This document shows, in pieces, positions 1 through 11,568 of a stretch of DNA of 64,000 nucleotides; positions within the stretch are counted from its first letter, which is position 1; each line of letters opens with the position of its first letter. The position numbers and the translations under genes are program-made. The DNA lies in assembly GCA_043228905.1 (NCBI GenBank), contig JBHGNT010000021.1:9486001-9550000 (forward strand). The letters run 5' to 3'. The notes under the pieces were generated by a model that did no database searches, was not told where the DNA came from, and saw only the letters and a list, made by a program, of their open reading frames with translations. The stretch comes from Azolla caroliniana. Its lineage: Eukaryota > Plantae > Polypodiophyta.

Positions 1-553
1 GCAACTAAAAGTAGAGGCCATGCAACAAAAAGTGGAGGCATATGATCAACGAGGAACTCCATATATAATTCCATTTTTTTTCCTATACTCAAAAGCTCTC
101 TCCATATAATATATTTCTTTTTCTTTTCCTTCTCAACTCCCTTAGCTTAGGGAAGTAATATCTCTCATAAACCCTAATTTCCTTACGGAATCCAAAAACC
201 CTAATCTTCCCTACGAAAGCCATAACACTCAAAAATGCTAATCTTCCCTACGGAAGCCATAATACTCATATAACCATAATCTCTTATCAAAGACAAGAAC
301 CCTAAATCTCTATGGAATCCATATCTTAGTTTCTTCTAATCTATTATTCTAGCAATCTCCTTAAGATAAAACTTTTGTAATCTCAATCTTGAGATTGATT
401 GTAATCTTTCTTTCCCTTTATTAATGAAATTTGTGAATCTTTATCATTTTGTATTAATTGTTTAATATAAACGCACGAATGTGAATATCTTCCGGTCGGA
501 GGCCCCGGGGTCCTGCTTCAACGTTCACGTATCCTCGTCGTATTTCCGCGACA
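1..553 (+). mobile_element. LTR (left end outside window) ending ...TATTTCCGCGACA, followed by a PBS remnant TGGTACG at 564-570
   Basis: AT-rich R/U5-like text with AAACCCTAAT repeats and a CA end. Its terminal ~65 bp (CTTCCGGTC..G(A/G)CCCC..GGTCC..TTCA..ATTTCC.C.ACA) resemble the reverse complement of the LTR end at 2970-3035. TGG-initiated PBS-like motif follows 10 nt later. Confidence 0.55.
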
Positions 554-570
554 GCGCGTCCTCTGGTACG

Positions 571-633
571 TGCCAAGAAGAGAGAGTGTGAGATTTCGAC
601 TACGGTGATCATTACAATTCCTCCATTTCAAGC
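571..633 (-). mobile_element. Polypurine tract plus start (TGTAATGATC...) of a truncated 3' LTR of the gag-only element
   Basis: Minus strand reads GCTTGAAATGGAGGAAT then TGTAATGATCACC, directly after the stop of ORF 647-2572. Confidence 0.45.
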
Positions 634-646
634 ATGTCTATTCCTT

Positions 647-2963
647 TCACTCGAACCATTGTCGCCACCCAATCCACCATATCATTCGCTCATTCTTTGC
701 TTTACCATGACCGGTTGTCATGGTCTCTTGTTCTTCTTTCGAGCATATCTGTTTACGCTTTATGCATGTTCCACCTTTGTCCTGATCGTCTCCTTGCTCA
801 AGGCTCTTTGACCCATCACACATTTTTGTTTTGTGTCTTTCTCCCCAACCCTTTATCTGAATAATGATATTGACTACCACATTTAGTACCTTCAAGTGCG
901 TGCGCACTTCGAGATCCTTACACGACCATGCTCTATGTTTCTCACTTTGTCCATTTTTATGGTACAATCTCATGTTAGAGTTCAAAATCTTCACACTAGA
1001 ATCTTTGCTAGATATTTTGATCACATCCTTTGGATCTTGATGGCTTGCTTGGTCATCGCCATCCCTTGTCATAGTTTGCTCAGACTCTTTGTTGTTAACA
1101 TCAACTTTTGTCTCTATGCTTTGCTTGACCTCTTCGTCCCAAACATCAGCTTCAACCCTTGCTTCTTCTTCGTCATTGTCCTTCTCTTGGGTCTTACATC
1201 GGTTAATGCCCAAGTCTCCGGAATGAGTGTGGAGAGATACATACGTATTTGTCGGCCACTCCCCAACTTCGTTATTTGCAACATCTTGGACCTTCGCTTC
1301 CCCGCCATCATCTTTTGTCTCTTGGGTCTCACGTTGTCTTTGATCCACAACTGCCCAAGTCTCTAGAACATGTGTGAAGGAATCAGTTTGTCTTTGGTCA
1401 ATTTCCTTCAACACCTTTGTCTTGATGTCATCTTTCACATCAGATTTGAACTCCCCCTTGTTGCCACCTTCCATCTCTTGGGTCTTCTGTTGGTTCTCGG
1501 ACGCAACTGCCCAAGTCTTTGGAACCAGTGTGGAGAAATTCTTGTCACTACCATCATTCACCATCGACTCGTCCATATCTATCTTTGCCTCGATGTTGTG
1601 CACACCATCTTGGTCCTTCCCCTTACTACCACCTTCCATCTCTTGGGTCTCACGTTGACTCTCTACAATTGCCCAAGTCTTCGGAACTTGTGTGAAGGAA
1701 TCCTCAACGTGGTTATCTGCCATTAATTCTTCCATAGCCACCTCTGACTCGATGTCATTTTTCGTGGCTATCTCTTCAATCTCATGGGCCTCGTACCCAT
1801 TGACCCTCTTGATCAAGCAAGATTCAATTATGCTTTTCTCTTCATCGCATGTATTCATTTCGACCTTCGGCTCCTCGCCGACACCTTTCGTCTCTTGGGT
1901 CTGATGTTGGTTCTTGGACGCAACTGCCCAAGTCTCTGGAACAAGTGTGGAGAAAATATGGCCATGGTCATTGTCGATGCTTGTTGTCTTGTTCATAGTC
2001 ACCTCCTCGATGTCGTCTTTAGCAGCTAGATCCTCAATTACACTAGCCTCGCACTCTTTATCTCCATTGATGCAAGCTTCGATTAGGCTTGCTCCTTCAT
2101 CATCTGATGTTTCGAACACGACACGCGTTCTGAAACATTCATCCTCCCTCGAAGTGGCCTTCTCCGACCTTGAGTCATCATCAACCTTCTTTTCATGTAG
2201 GTTGCTTTGTTTAGGCAGCTCGACTTCTTTAGGTGGTCTTGATGTTTCTACGCTTGGCCTTACCAAGTCAATGTCATCAAGCCATTGATGACACCTGTCG
2301 ATCTTGTTGCATGCTCGCTTCACCACAACCCAGTCCGCCACAAGCCCGTTCACTTGGGTATCATCTTCGAGAAGAGTCCCCAATTCTCGTCTATCCTTCA
2401 TGTCTACAGCTTTCAAGAAGTACAAAGTCTTGTCCTCCTCAAGCAGCACTTGGTCTGTGGCGGGGAGACGACAAAACATTTGGTCGAACTTGTCGTACAC
2501 CCTTGAAGCGCTCATCCTCTTATTCTTCTGTTCTATCCACTTCATCAAGGCATGTTGAGTCATCCTCGACAAATCTTCTATCGCAAAACTCCACTAATAT
2601 CGCTTTCTCAAACTCCGACCACGTTGTCTTCCCTTCTTGAAGCTCGATGACACGCCTTTGGATGTTGTTGGCGACCACTCTCTTGAAACTTGTGATTTGA
2701 CGCACTTCAGGCACGTCCCTCTGATTCATCTCCCTTCTGTATGCATCAAGGAACTTCGTAATGTTCCTTCCATCAAATTGACCCTCAAGCTCAACGACAC
2801 AGTCGACGGCCTTCTCCACGCTCGCATCGTTGTCCTGAGATCTCATCATTTGTTCGACAATTAGCATCATCCTTTCGAACTCTCCCGCTTGATTGCTTGA
2901 GGACACCATCTCCAAGTATCGGTCGATCCTTGACTTGATCCTTCCCTCCACCTCGTTCACCAC
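647..2963 (-). pseudogene. Ty3/gypsy-type gag-like ORF with long acidic repetitive extension (frameshift near 2570); no pol
   Basis: ORF 2520-2963 (EGQFDGRNITKFLDAYRREM...TTWSEFEKAIL) continues in ORF 647-2572 (LMKWIEQ...LYFLKAVD...W). The C-terminal part has repeated T-x-V-P-[EK]-T-W-A motifs. No protease, RT or integrase motifs. Flanked by an LTR/PBS-like sequence and a PPT. Confidence 0.6.
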
Positions 2964-3087
2964 TTAAGATGTTGGGGAAATCCTCACGTGTTTGCAAAAT
3001 GAATCGGGACCAACGGGGTCCTGGACCGGAAGGATTCGATGTTTTTAGCAGCGACAACGAGAGAGTATTGAAGATAGATAGATGGAT

Positions 3088-3123
<36 letters not shown>

Positions 3124-3259
3124 AGATATAGATTGAACCCTTGACTTTAGTTTTACAAGACAAGATACATCACCATTAGGATAACTCCGATCTTTGATTA
3201 AAAGTTTCGTTCTTTTTACTTACATCACTTGCCTCCCTTACACAAGCCCAACTATAGGT

Positions 3260-3693
3260 TGTTGAGAGACAAGCTCAACATCGACTAGATTGGCTGAGCA
3301 AGTCGAGGACCGGATTGGTTGGGACCGATCGGTCAGGCCGGATCGGTTGGAAACCGGTACGCAGACCGGTGTGTAGGAAGGCCGGATTGGTGCGGAAAAC
3401 TGGGAGGCCATCGGAAAGCTATTCCGCAAGGAATATATTTGGGAGTTAGTGTAGGGGCTCCTCAATGAGCATTGAAGTTCTATGAGTACTTCTGTCAGTC
3501 CGAAAAGGACTTGTATAAAAGTGTTCATTGAACACACACGATGAACAGATCGAGTATTATTTTTTGAATTAAGTTCTTGTGTTTACTCTCTCTCTATCTC
3601 TCCCGTGCGTACTATGCAAACCTAAGCTTTCCATTAAACCTGCGTTTTCTGTTGTTCAGTTTCCTATATTGCTTCCGCACGCCATTCTTTTCA
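3260..3693 (+). repeat. Copia 5' LTR
   Basis: TG...CA ends; direct repeat of 8591-8970; followed by the iMet PBS. Confidence 0.93.
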
Positions 3694-3705
3694 TGGTATC
3701 AGAGC
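3694..3705 (+). promoter_or_regulatory. Primer-binding site, tRNA-iMet
   Basis: TGGTATCAGAGC immediately after the LTR. Confidence 0.92.
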
Positions 3706-3775
3706 GCAAGGGCTAAGAACCTATGCAATCGACTTTGCTTGAAGGAAAAACCAATGAAGAAGAACAAGAAAACCG

Positions 3776-6700
3776 ATGGACAGAGGAATGGCTAGCTCGC
3801 TTCCGACGGAGAAGCTCGACAGAACCAACTGCGCATCTTGGTCCTACAAGATGCACCAATACCTACTCAGACACGGTTACTGGAGCTATGTCGATGGAGT
3901 AAATGACATAGCACCCGATTCGACACACAAAGACTTCCCAGTGTGGGAACAATCGGCGAGCAGAGTGTTGTATTGTTTTGCGTCTTGTGTGGGCGAACAA
4001 CTCTTAAGCTACGTTCGGCATGCAAAAACACCAAAGGGTGCGTGGGAAAATCTGAAGAAGATCTTCGCCGCAAGCACCACAGCCAGGAAGCTTCAGCTCT
4101 GACAAGAGTTGAGCAACCTACGACAACGCGATTTGTCTATGGCTGACTATACCTCGAAGATCAACGACATATGCGACTCCTTAACTTCCATCGATGTGAA
4201 CATCGAGGAAAGCGAGATGGTCTAGGTCTGTCTCAGGGGTTTGGCGTCAAAGTTCAGAGCGTTCCGAACTTCTGTGTGTACACGGGAGAATACGCCGTCA
4301 TTTTTCAACTTACAGTCGATGCTGCTTATAGATGAGAACCATGTGGGTGCGTCGACAAGCCTGCATGCCGACAGCAAGATGATGTACACAGAGGGAGAGA
4401 GGCCCCGTGGTCGTGGCGGACGAGGCGAGTTGGTACGCAATGGAGGCAGCCGACGGGATCAAGGAAGAAAGCACCGAAGTGATGCCGACTGCAATTCCGG
4501 ACCCTTCGGAAACAGGGGTAGTCGAGGCGACGAGAACTAGCAAGGGAAATCCGCCGCAGAATGCTGGTACTGTGGCAAGAAAGGCCATAGGGAGAGCGAG
4601 TGCTGGAAAAAACGCGCCGATTCGGAGAGAACCGGGTCCGAAACAGGTTCCGGACAGATCGACAAAGGAAATCGGCAAGGATCGCACTATGCCGAAGGAT
4701 CCGAAGAAGCCGGAAAAGGGTCATTCTTCGTGACGAGACACAAAGCAAACTCAATGAAGAAGATCACCCCGAAGTCGGAGGAGGTGTGGTACGTCGACTC
4801 CGGCGCGTCAAACCACATGACGTGCCACGAGGAGTGGTTCTCATACCTTGAGAAACTGACGCAACCAGGAGTAGTCGCAACCAGGAGTAGTCGCAACCGG
4901 AGACGATACTCCACATCCGATCGCAAATGTCGATGAAGTTCCCCTGAGCCATGTCGGGCAGAAAGGGAAACTCAAGAATGTGTTACACGTCCCGACAATC
5001 ACAAAGAACTTGGTGTCGGTCGGGCAGATCGTCAACCAGGGGATGCTGGTTCAGTTTACGCATCTCGGGTGCTTCATCGAGGTAGAAGGCCGAGTTATTG
5101 CGCAAGGGCGCAGAGACGGGAGGATGTTTATCGTCGGCTCTAGTTACGGTGGCACCGCAATGTTCGCGAAGGACAAAAAGTCGAGTCGGACATCGACTTA
5201 TGGCACAACCGGATAGGCCACATCAACTATCAACGGCTTCAGAACCTGCAATTGAAACAGGTGGTGTTCAAATTGCCCAAATTTAGTGGCTGGAAGGCAC
5301 AAATTTGTGAAGCCTGCCAACTTGGGAAGCAACACCGACTTCCCTTCCCCAACGAGCCTAACCAGAGCCAGAACAAGCTCGACTTGATACACTTCTATGT
5401 GTGGGGGCCGGCACAAAATGTTAGTCTTGGCGGGAGCCAATATTTCGTCTCCTTCATCGACGACTACATGCGGCACACGTGGATCTACCTCATTGAGAGG
5501 AAAAGCGAAGTCTTCGACTGTTTCTGGGACCTCAAAGGGTTCGTGGAAACGGAAACAGGAAGGAAGATCAAGTGCTTGCGGTCGGATGGTGGAAAATAAT
5601 ACTTTTTCGGTCAATTCAACAGATGGGAATTCGGCGCGAATTCAGTTGTAGATACACGCCGGAGCAAAACGGCGTGGCCGAGAGGAAAAATCGGTCGGTT
5701 GTGGAAGCGGCGCGGGCAATGCTGGAAGAAAAGAGCTTGCCCAAGTTCTATTGGGCCGAGGTGGTACGAACCGCGGTATACATCCAGAACCGGATCGGAG
5801 ACAAAGTGTTGGCGCATGAGCTATATTTCAGAACGAAGCCGAACTTGCGACACTTACAAGTTTTCGGTAGCATTGCGTATGTGCATGTGCGGAAGGAGAA
5901 ACGGATGAAGCTGGACGTAAAGGCAGAGAAATGTATCTTGGTCGGCTACTCGGACGAGCAGAAGGGTTAAAAGTTTTATAACCCGCGCACCAAACAAGCG
6001 TGCGTGAGCCGCGACGTTGTGTTTGATGAGTCCGCGTCCTGGTACTTGCCTCCGACTCCGGACCTCACCTCCAATCCGAGTTCTGACGATGAGGTCAGCG
6101 AGGCCGAGATGCCTCCGGATGAGCCTGAAATCGGGACCCGCAAAGAGAGTCCGATTTCGTTTTGGTTAAGTGGACCGAATGAACGACTAAGTCGGTTCAA
6201 CTAGTCCGATGAAGAGCCCGCGAGTAGTGGAGACTCGGCCGTGCATTCCCCGTGCAGGAAGCCGAGGAGACGCCTTACACGCCAGGAAAAAGGGAAGAAG
6301 AAGGTGTCAGATTACAGCACGGATAGGAACGAGTCAGACCGACGCGAGTCCGACTCCAAGGGCAGCGGTGACGGGTCTTCAAGAGCGAAGTCCGCGTTGG
6401 CCGAGAAGACCTCGACATCGGCTAATGACCGATTACGCCGATCTACCCACCAGAAGAACCGAGTTGTGTGGTTCGGATACAAAGAGTACATGGCGCATCA
6501 TTATGCATACATGACCCATGTAGCGGAAGTGCGTGAGCCGGAGAGCTACGCAGAAGCGGCTAAGGACGCGAATTGGCGCGCCGCGATGGAGGAAGAGATG
6601 CACGCATTGGCAGAAAACGAGACCTGGGACCTGGTTGACGCACCGAATGGTGTGAAGCCGATCGGATGTAGGTGGGTGTACAAGGTCAAGTACAACACCG

Positions 6701-8218
6701 ACAGCTCGGTCAACCGATACAAGACCCAGTTAGTGGAAAAAGGCTATTTGCAGAAACACGACATCAACTACGATGAGACGTTTGCACCGGTCACGAAGAT
6801 GAAGATCGTCCGTGTTTTGCTCGTGATAGTTGCGGCAAAGGGGTGGCACTTACATCAAATGGATGTAAAGAATGCGTTCCTGCAAGGTGAGCTTGAGGAA
6901 CAGGTGTACATGGTAGAGCCCCCCGGATTTCACTCTGGAACGAACACGTCGGCAATGGACCGATTGAAGAAGTCCCTTTACGGATTGAAGCAAGCCCCGC
7001 GTGCCTGGAACGCGAAGATCACGCAGCAACTGCGTCGAATGGGCTTTGCAACGTCAAAATCGGACTCTTCCATGTTCATCCGGAAAGGTCGACTCGGTCC
7101 GATCAGCATTTTACTATATGTTGATGACTTGGTCATCATCGGCAACGACCTAGGTGAAATCAACCGCGTGAAGCTCCAGCTTGCAGCATCATTCGACATG
7201 AAGGATCTGGGGGACCTTTCATTACTTCCTCGGGATCGAAGTGATCCGCACCCCCAAAGGCATATTGATCAGCCAACATCATTATGCGCTGAATATGCTC
7301 TTCAAATTCGGGATGGCAGACTGTAAGTCCGTCTCGACTCCTCTGGATAGAACCGTCAAACTTCGCCCCAATTCCGGAAAGTTATGCGACCCGACGAGGT
7401 TCCGACAAATTGTCGAAAGCCTTATCTACTTGACAATCACCCGACCCGATCTCAGTTATCCGGTCAAGGTGATCAGTCAATTCATGGCGCGACCTACCGA
7501 TGAGCACCTTCAGTTTGTGCAACACATACTGCGGTACATAAGCAGCACTAAGGACCGGGGACTGCTATATCGGACCAGTACAGCCTCGCAGTTGGTTGGC
7601 TACACCGATGTTGATTGGGTTGGCAATGCCGCTGATCGTTGATCCATGTCCGGATACGCGTTCTCTCTTGGGAGTGTTGCGATAGCGTGGAGCAGTAAGA
7701 AGCAGCCGACAGTTGCACTATCGAGCACCGAAGCTGAGAATAGAGGAGCAGCTGTCGCAACATGCGAAGTCATATGGTTGAAGCGGGTACTTAAGGATTT
7801 GTAGGTGGAGGTGTCCGATCCAACGACTATCTACTACGACAACCTCAGCAGCATCCAGCTTGCCAAGAACTCCGTTTTCCAGGCCCGGACTAAGCACATT
7901 GAGGTGCACTACCATTTCGTCCATGAGCGTGTTCTCTCTGGTGAAGTCGAACTTCAGTATGTTCCGACGGATCGGCAGACCGCCGACATCTTCACCAAGC
8001 CTCTTGGACAGGACAAGTTGCGGCAATTCTCAGGTGCGCTTGGGTTGCGTCACCTCGACATGCCGAACTTAAGGGGGATAGATGTCCCGAATGACCACGA
8101 AAGGGGGAGAGAAGACTGCAACGCCGAGTCGGATGACGAATTCGATTTTGGATCAGCTGAAGAAGCCGAGGGCGGACCCGCGGAAGATTCCGGAAGTGGA
8201 CATAAGGGGAGCGGCTGA
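3776..8218 (+). pseudogene. Copia gag-pol polyprotein, disrupted by stops and frameshifts
   Basis: gag (EKLDRTNCASWSYKM; zinc knuckle CWYCGKKGHRESEC ~4563), protease WYVDSGASNHMT, integrase (CEACQLGKQHR; YTPEQNGVAERKNR), RT (QMDVKNAFLQG; LYVDDL), RNase H (RTKHIEVHYHF; ADIFTKPL). A 16-bp tandem duplication at 4861-4892 causes one frameshift. Confidence 0.93.
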
Positions 8219-8590
8219 AAGGAAGAGCCGAAGTCAACCAAGCATGGGGGAGATGACGCTGTCAAGGGCGAGAAGACCGAAGACGAGTTGGAGACAGCCA
8301 ACTCGGACAAGAGCACAAACCGATCGGAGGTAGCCGAGTCGGTTCGGATGTTTGATTCGGATATACTAAATCAACCGAGGGCCAAGCGGAAAAGAAGGCA
8401 GCAGGAGAAGCGCCAACACCGCGACAGCAAGGGAGCTGTGAAGGGCCGTGGGAGCAGACAAGCCGACCGGAAGGGTTGAAGCGCGCGGAGTCGAACAGGT
8501 CGAGGAGCGCGAGCGAGGCGTGGAGCCAGGAGGAACCGGAGCGGTGATCCGGAAGATCCCGAAGAGCCTCAAGTTGAGCTTGAGGGGGAG

Positions 8591-8970
8591 TGTTGAGAGA
8601 CAAGCTCAACATCGGCCGGATCGGCTGAGCAAGTCGAGGACTGGATCGATTGGAAACCGGTACATAGACCGGTGCGTAGGAAGCCCGGATTTGTGCGGAA
8701 ACCGGGAGGCCATCGAAAAGATATTCCGCAAGGAATATATTTGGGAGTTAGTGTAGGGGCTCCTCAATGAGCATTGAAGTACTGTCAGTACTTCTGTCAG
8801 TTCGAAAAGGACTTGTATAAAAGTGTTCATTGAACACACACGATGAACAGATCGAGTATTATTTTTTGAATTAAGTTCTTTTGTTTACTCTGTCTCTCCC
8901 ATGCGTACTATTAAACCTGTATTTTCTCTTGTTCGGTTTCCTATATTGCTTCCGCACGTCATTCTTTTCA
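8591..8970 (+). repeat. Copia 3' LTR
   Basis: Follows the PPT; homologous to 3260-3693 but shorter (380 vs 434 bp) through internal deletions. Confidence 0.93.
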
Positions 8971-9134
8971 TAGGCTTTTATAGGTCTCTCCATGCAAAAA
9001 CCATGGGCTAAAACCACAAGCTAAAACCATGGGCTAAAACCGTGGGCTAAAACCATGGTTTTGTGCCCACGGTTCCTATATGTTTGCTTCTTACAAAATA
9101 TTGAATATGAAAAGAAAATATACAAATTCTACAG

Positions 9135-9212
9135 CACTCAGTAGTGGCTTTAGTGATAAGTTAATTTGTCTCTTACATTGGAGGTACAAGGTTCAAGCCT
9201 TGCTTCCACCCC
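9135..9212 (+). other. tRNA-like (Pol III A-box/B-box) sequence inside an LTR
   Basis: TGGCTTTAGTGA (9145-9156) and GGTTCAAGCC (9190-9199) in a CAAGG/CCTTG T-arm-like stem. No acceptor stem, so not a tRNA gene. Confidence 0.45.
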
Positions 9213-9457
9213 TATGTATGCACTTAAATGTTTCTAGGCTTTAGTCTTATTTTTTATATTTACAATTGAGCGCACATCACACGTGCACATGTTTAACTTT
9301 ACATCTAGCTTTTCTTTTACGATTCTCATTTCAGTACTATTTACAACATGCTAGCATACGTGTGTGGCCTTCACCCCTTTCTCACGTGCACATTGCACCT
9401 TCTTGATTTCGTTTGTTGCACACAATTTTCTCACCGTTGCCGAAAATCTTCACGACA

Positions 9458-11057
9458 ACGTTCAGATTGTTTATTTGGTTGGGGATGATAGCTGGAGGAG
9501 AGGTTGCAAGTGACCTTGAGCATTTTAAAGAGATGCTTCCAAAATTTAGAGACGAATTGTGGTCCACGATCATTGATGATACTATCGAGAAGACCATGAT
9601 GCCGAAATTCTTCACACATGACAATTCCAACGGTTTCTTCACTAGTAATTTCTTTCGTACATGGCATGAATTGTGTCATCTTAGTAAATCGATCTACCAT
9701 TGTTAAGATTGCATTGAAACCCCTCGAATCCGGAAGATCTAGGATAAAATTGAGAGAAATAGATTGCCATGGTGTGCTTGGGATCGGTAATGGCCCCAAC
9801 AAACCATATGGATGATGTTTCGGCATCTTTGCTCTACAACATGTATCACATGTGTGAACATAGTCTTCGACAAATCTTCGCATACGGAGCCACCAAAATT
9901 ATCGTTGTACTAAATCCAATGTTTTAGTACTATCAAAATGTCTGGTTGTATATGTGTCATGACAATTTTGTACTATTGGAAGGCGGCACGAACCATTGGG
10001 AACATACAAAAGTTTCTTAAAGAAGAGTAATCCATTATGACATTCGAATTGGTGATAATCTATACCTGGTTGTTGTGATTGTGAACAAGATGCCCGAGAA
10101 GAATCGATTTGATTTAGAATAGCTTGAGCGAAAACATCCATCTTCAAATCTACACGTATGGTATCGATAATGCAGGAATCCAATGGAGTGTCAAAGACCC
10201 ACGTTGCTTGAAGTCGTGTTGGTTCCAGGATTACTTGCTTTTGATTGTCGAAGGCCGAATCACCAAGACGAGGAGCTAGATACGAGCATCGTGATAATGC
10301 ATCCGCCTTCCCTTGTTGCTTGCCCGGATGATATGTAATCTTAAAATCAAAATGAGTGATGAATTAGGCCCACCGAGCTTGTCGTCTATTTAACACGCGA
10401 GCATTCTGAAAGTAGGCAAGATTCTTGTGATCACTAAATACAATGACTTGATGAGGAGATCCTTCTAAAAAATGCCTCCATTGTGCAAAAGAGTCCACTA
10501 TTGCTAATAACTCCTTGTCATGTATCTCGCAGTTGATTTCGGCGGCGTCCAATTTGCATGAATGAAACGCCAAGGGATGTGTAACTTCTCATCGTCGCCT
10601 TGTTGTGATAAAATACTACCTAGGGCGAAATCTAACGCGTCTACTTCCATGATAAATGGTTTTTGCGGATCATCATGAACTAAAACAGGAGCCAATGTAA
10701 ATGCTTTCTTGAGACCCTCAAAAGTTGTGTCTGCTTCCTTAGACCAAGCAAACGAATGACCCTTCTTTGTAAGGTGTGTGAGCGGCAAAATAAGCTTTGA
10801 GTAGTCTTGTATAAACTTACGATAGAAGTTTGCGAATCCTAGAAAGCATTGCACATCTCACAACGAACGTGGAGTCTACCACTCTAGCACAGTTTGGACT
10901 TTAGCCGGATCCATAGAGATGCCTTACGAGGAAATGACATAGCCGAGAAATTCCACCTGGCTACAATCAAAACTACACTTCTCCAGCTTTGCAGAAAGAC
11001 CATGTTCTCGTAGTTGTCTTAGTACTAATAGTACATGAGAATCATGCTCCTCCTATG
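9458..11057 (-). mobile_element. Ty3/gypsy (chromovirus, Tf2/Tcn1-like) pol remnant: end of RT, RNase H, integrase
   Basis: FLGFANFYRKFI; [10 protein letters not shown]...SDHKNL...LNRRQARWA; HTCDTCCRAK...PWQSISLNFI...YHPQ. Truncated on both sides by insertions. Confidence 0.9.
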
Positions 11058-11568
11058 CCCGGGGGCTTCACTATCAAAACTTGTATGATAGCATGTGAGT
11101 TCATCAAAAGGGGTTTAAATTAGTCACTGAGATACATAATGTATATATAAGGGTATTAATAAATATTTTAAAAATATATTTACATAAGGGTATTTATCAA
11201 TTATGTTGTAAAAAATAAAGAATATATTATGTATATACATTCAAACATTACATCCATGGATATGTATATACATACATTACACCCATTTATACATACATAC
11301 TGACTAAACATAAATATATGTACAAATATATATTACCATATGTAAATATGTACATACACATGCGTACATACATTACATACTACATACATATTAGAATCAG
11401 CCATATATATTGACATACATATATACATAATACAAACATAAAAATGATATATTACATATATACATACACATTCTTACAAACATATTTTATATATTACACA
11501 TATAAATGCATATATACATTCCAAACACACAAAAATAAATTACATATTATATATATACACATACACAT

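Larger units (their letters stand above)
3260..8970 (+). mobile_element. Full-length decayed Ty1/copia LTR retrotransposon
   Basis: LTRs 3260-3693 and 8591-8970 (TGTTGAGAGAC...CTTTTCA). PBS TGGTATCAGAGC 3694-3705; PPT TGAGGGGGAG 8581-8590; TSD TAGGT (3255-3259) / TAGGC (8971-8975). Domain order gag-PR-IN-RT-RH. Confidence 0.95.
2970..9457 (-). mobile_element. 5' LTR of the gag-only element (2970-3259 plus 8971-9457), split by the copia insertion
   Basis: Minus strand starts TGTCGTGAAG (9457) and ends GATTTCCCCAACA (2970), followed by TCTTAAG-TGGT and gag. It interrupts the gypsy integrase exactly after YHPQPNKQSER. Contains (GA)n and AAAACCATGGGCT tandem repeats (8997-9070). Confidence 0.65.

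Noticed and set aside
896-2864. Plus-strand ORFs overlapping the gag-like ORF
   Set aside because: Antisense shadows of the repetitive minus-strand frame.
9135-9212. Functional tRNA gene
   Set aside because: No acceptor or anticodon stems can be formed; only the box motifs remain.
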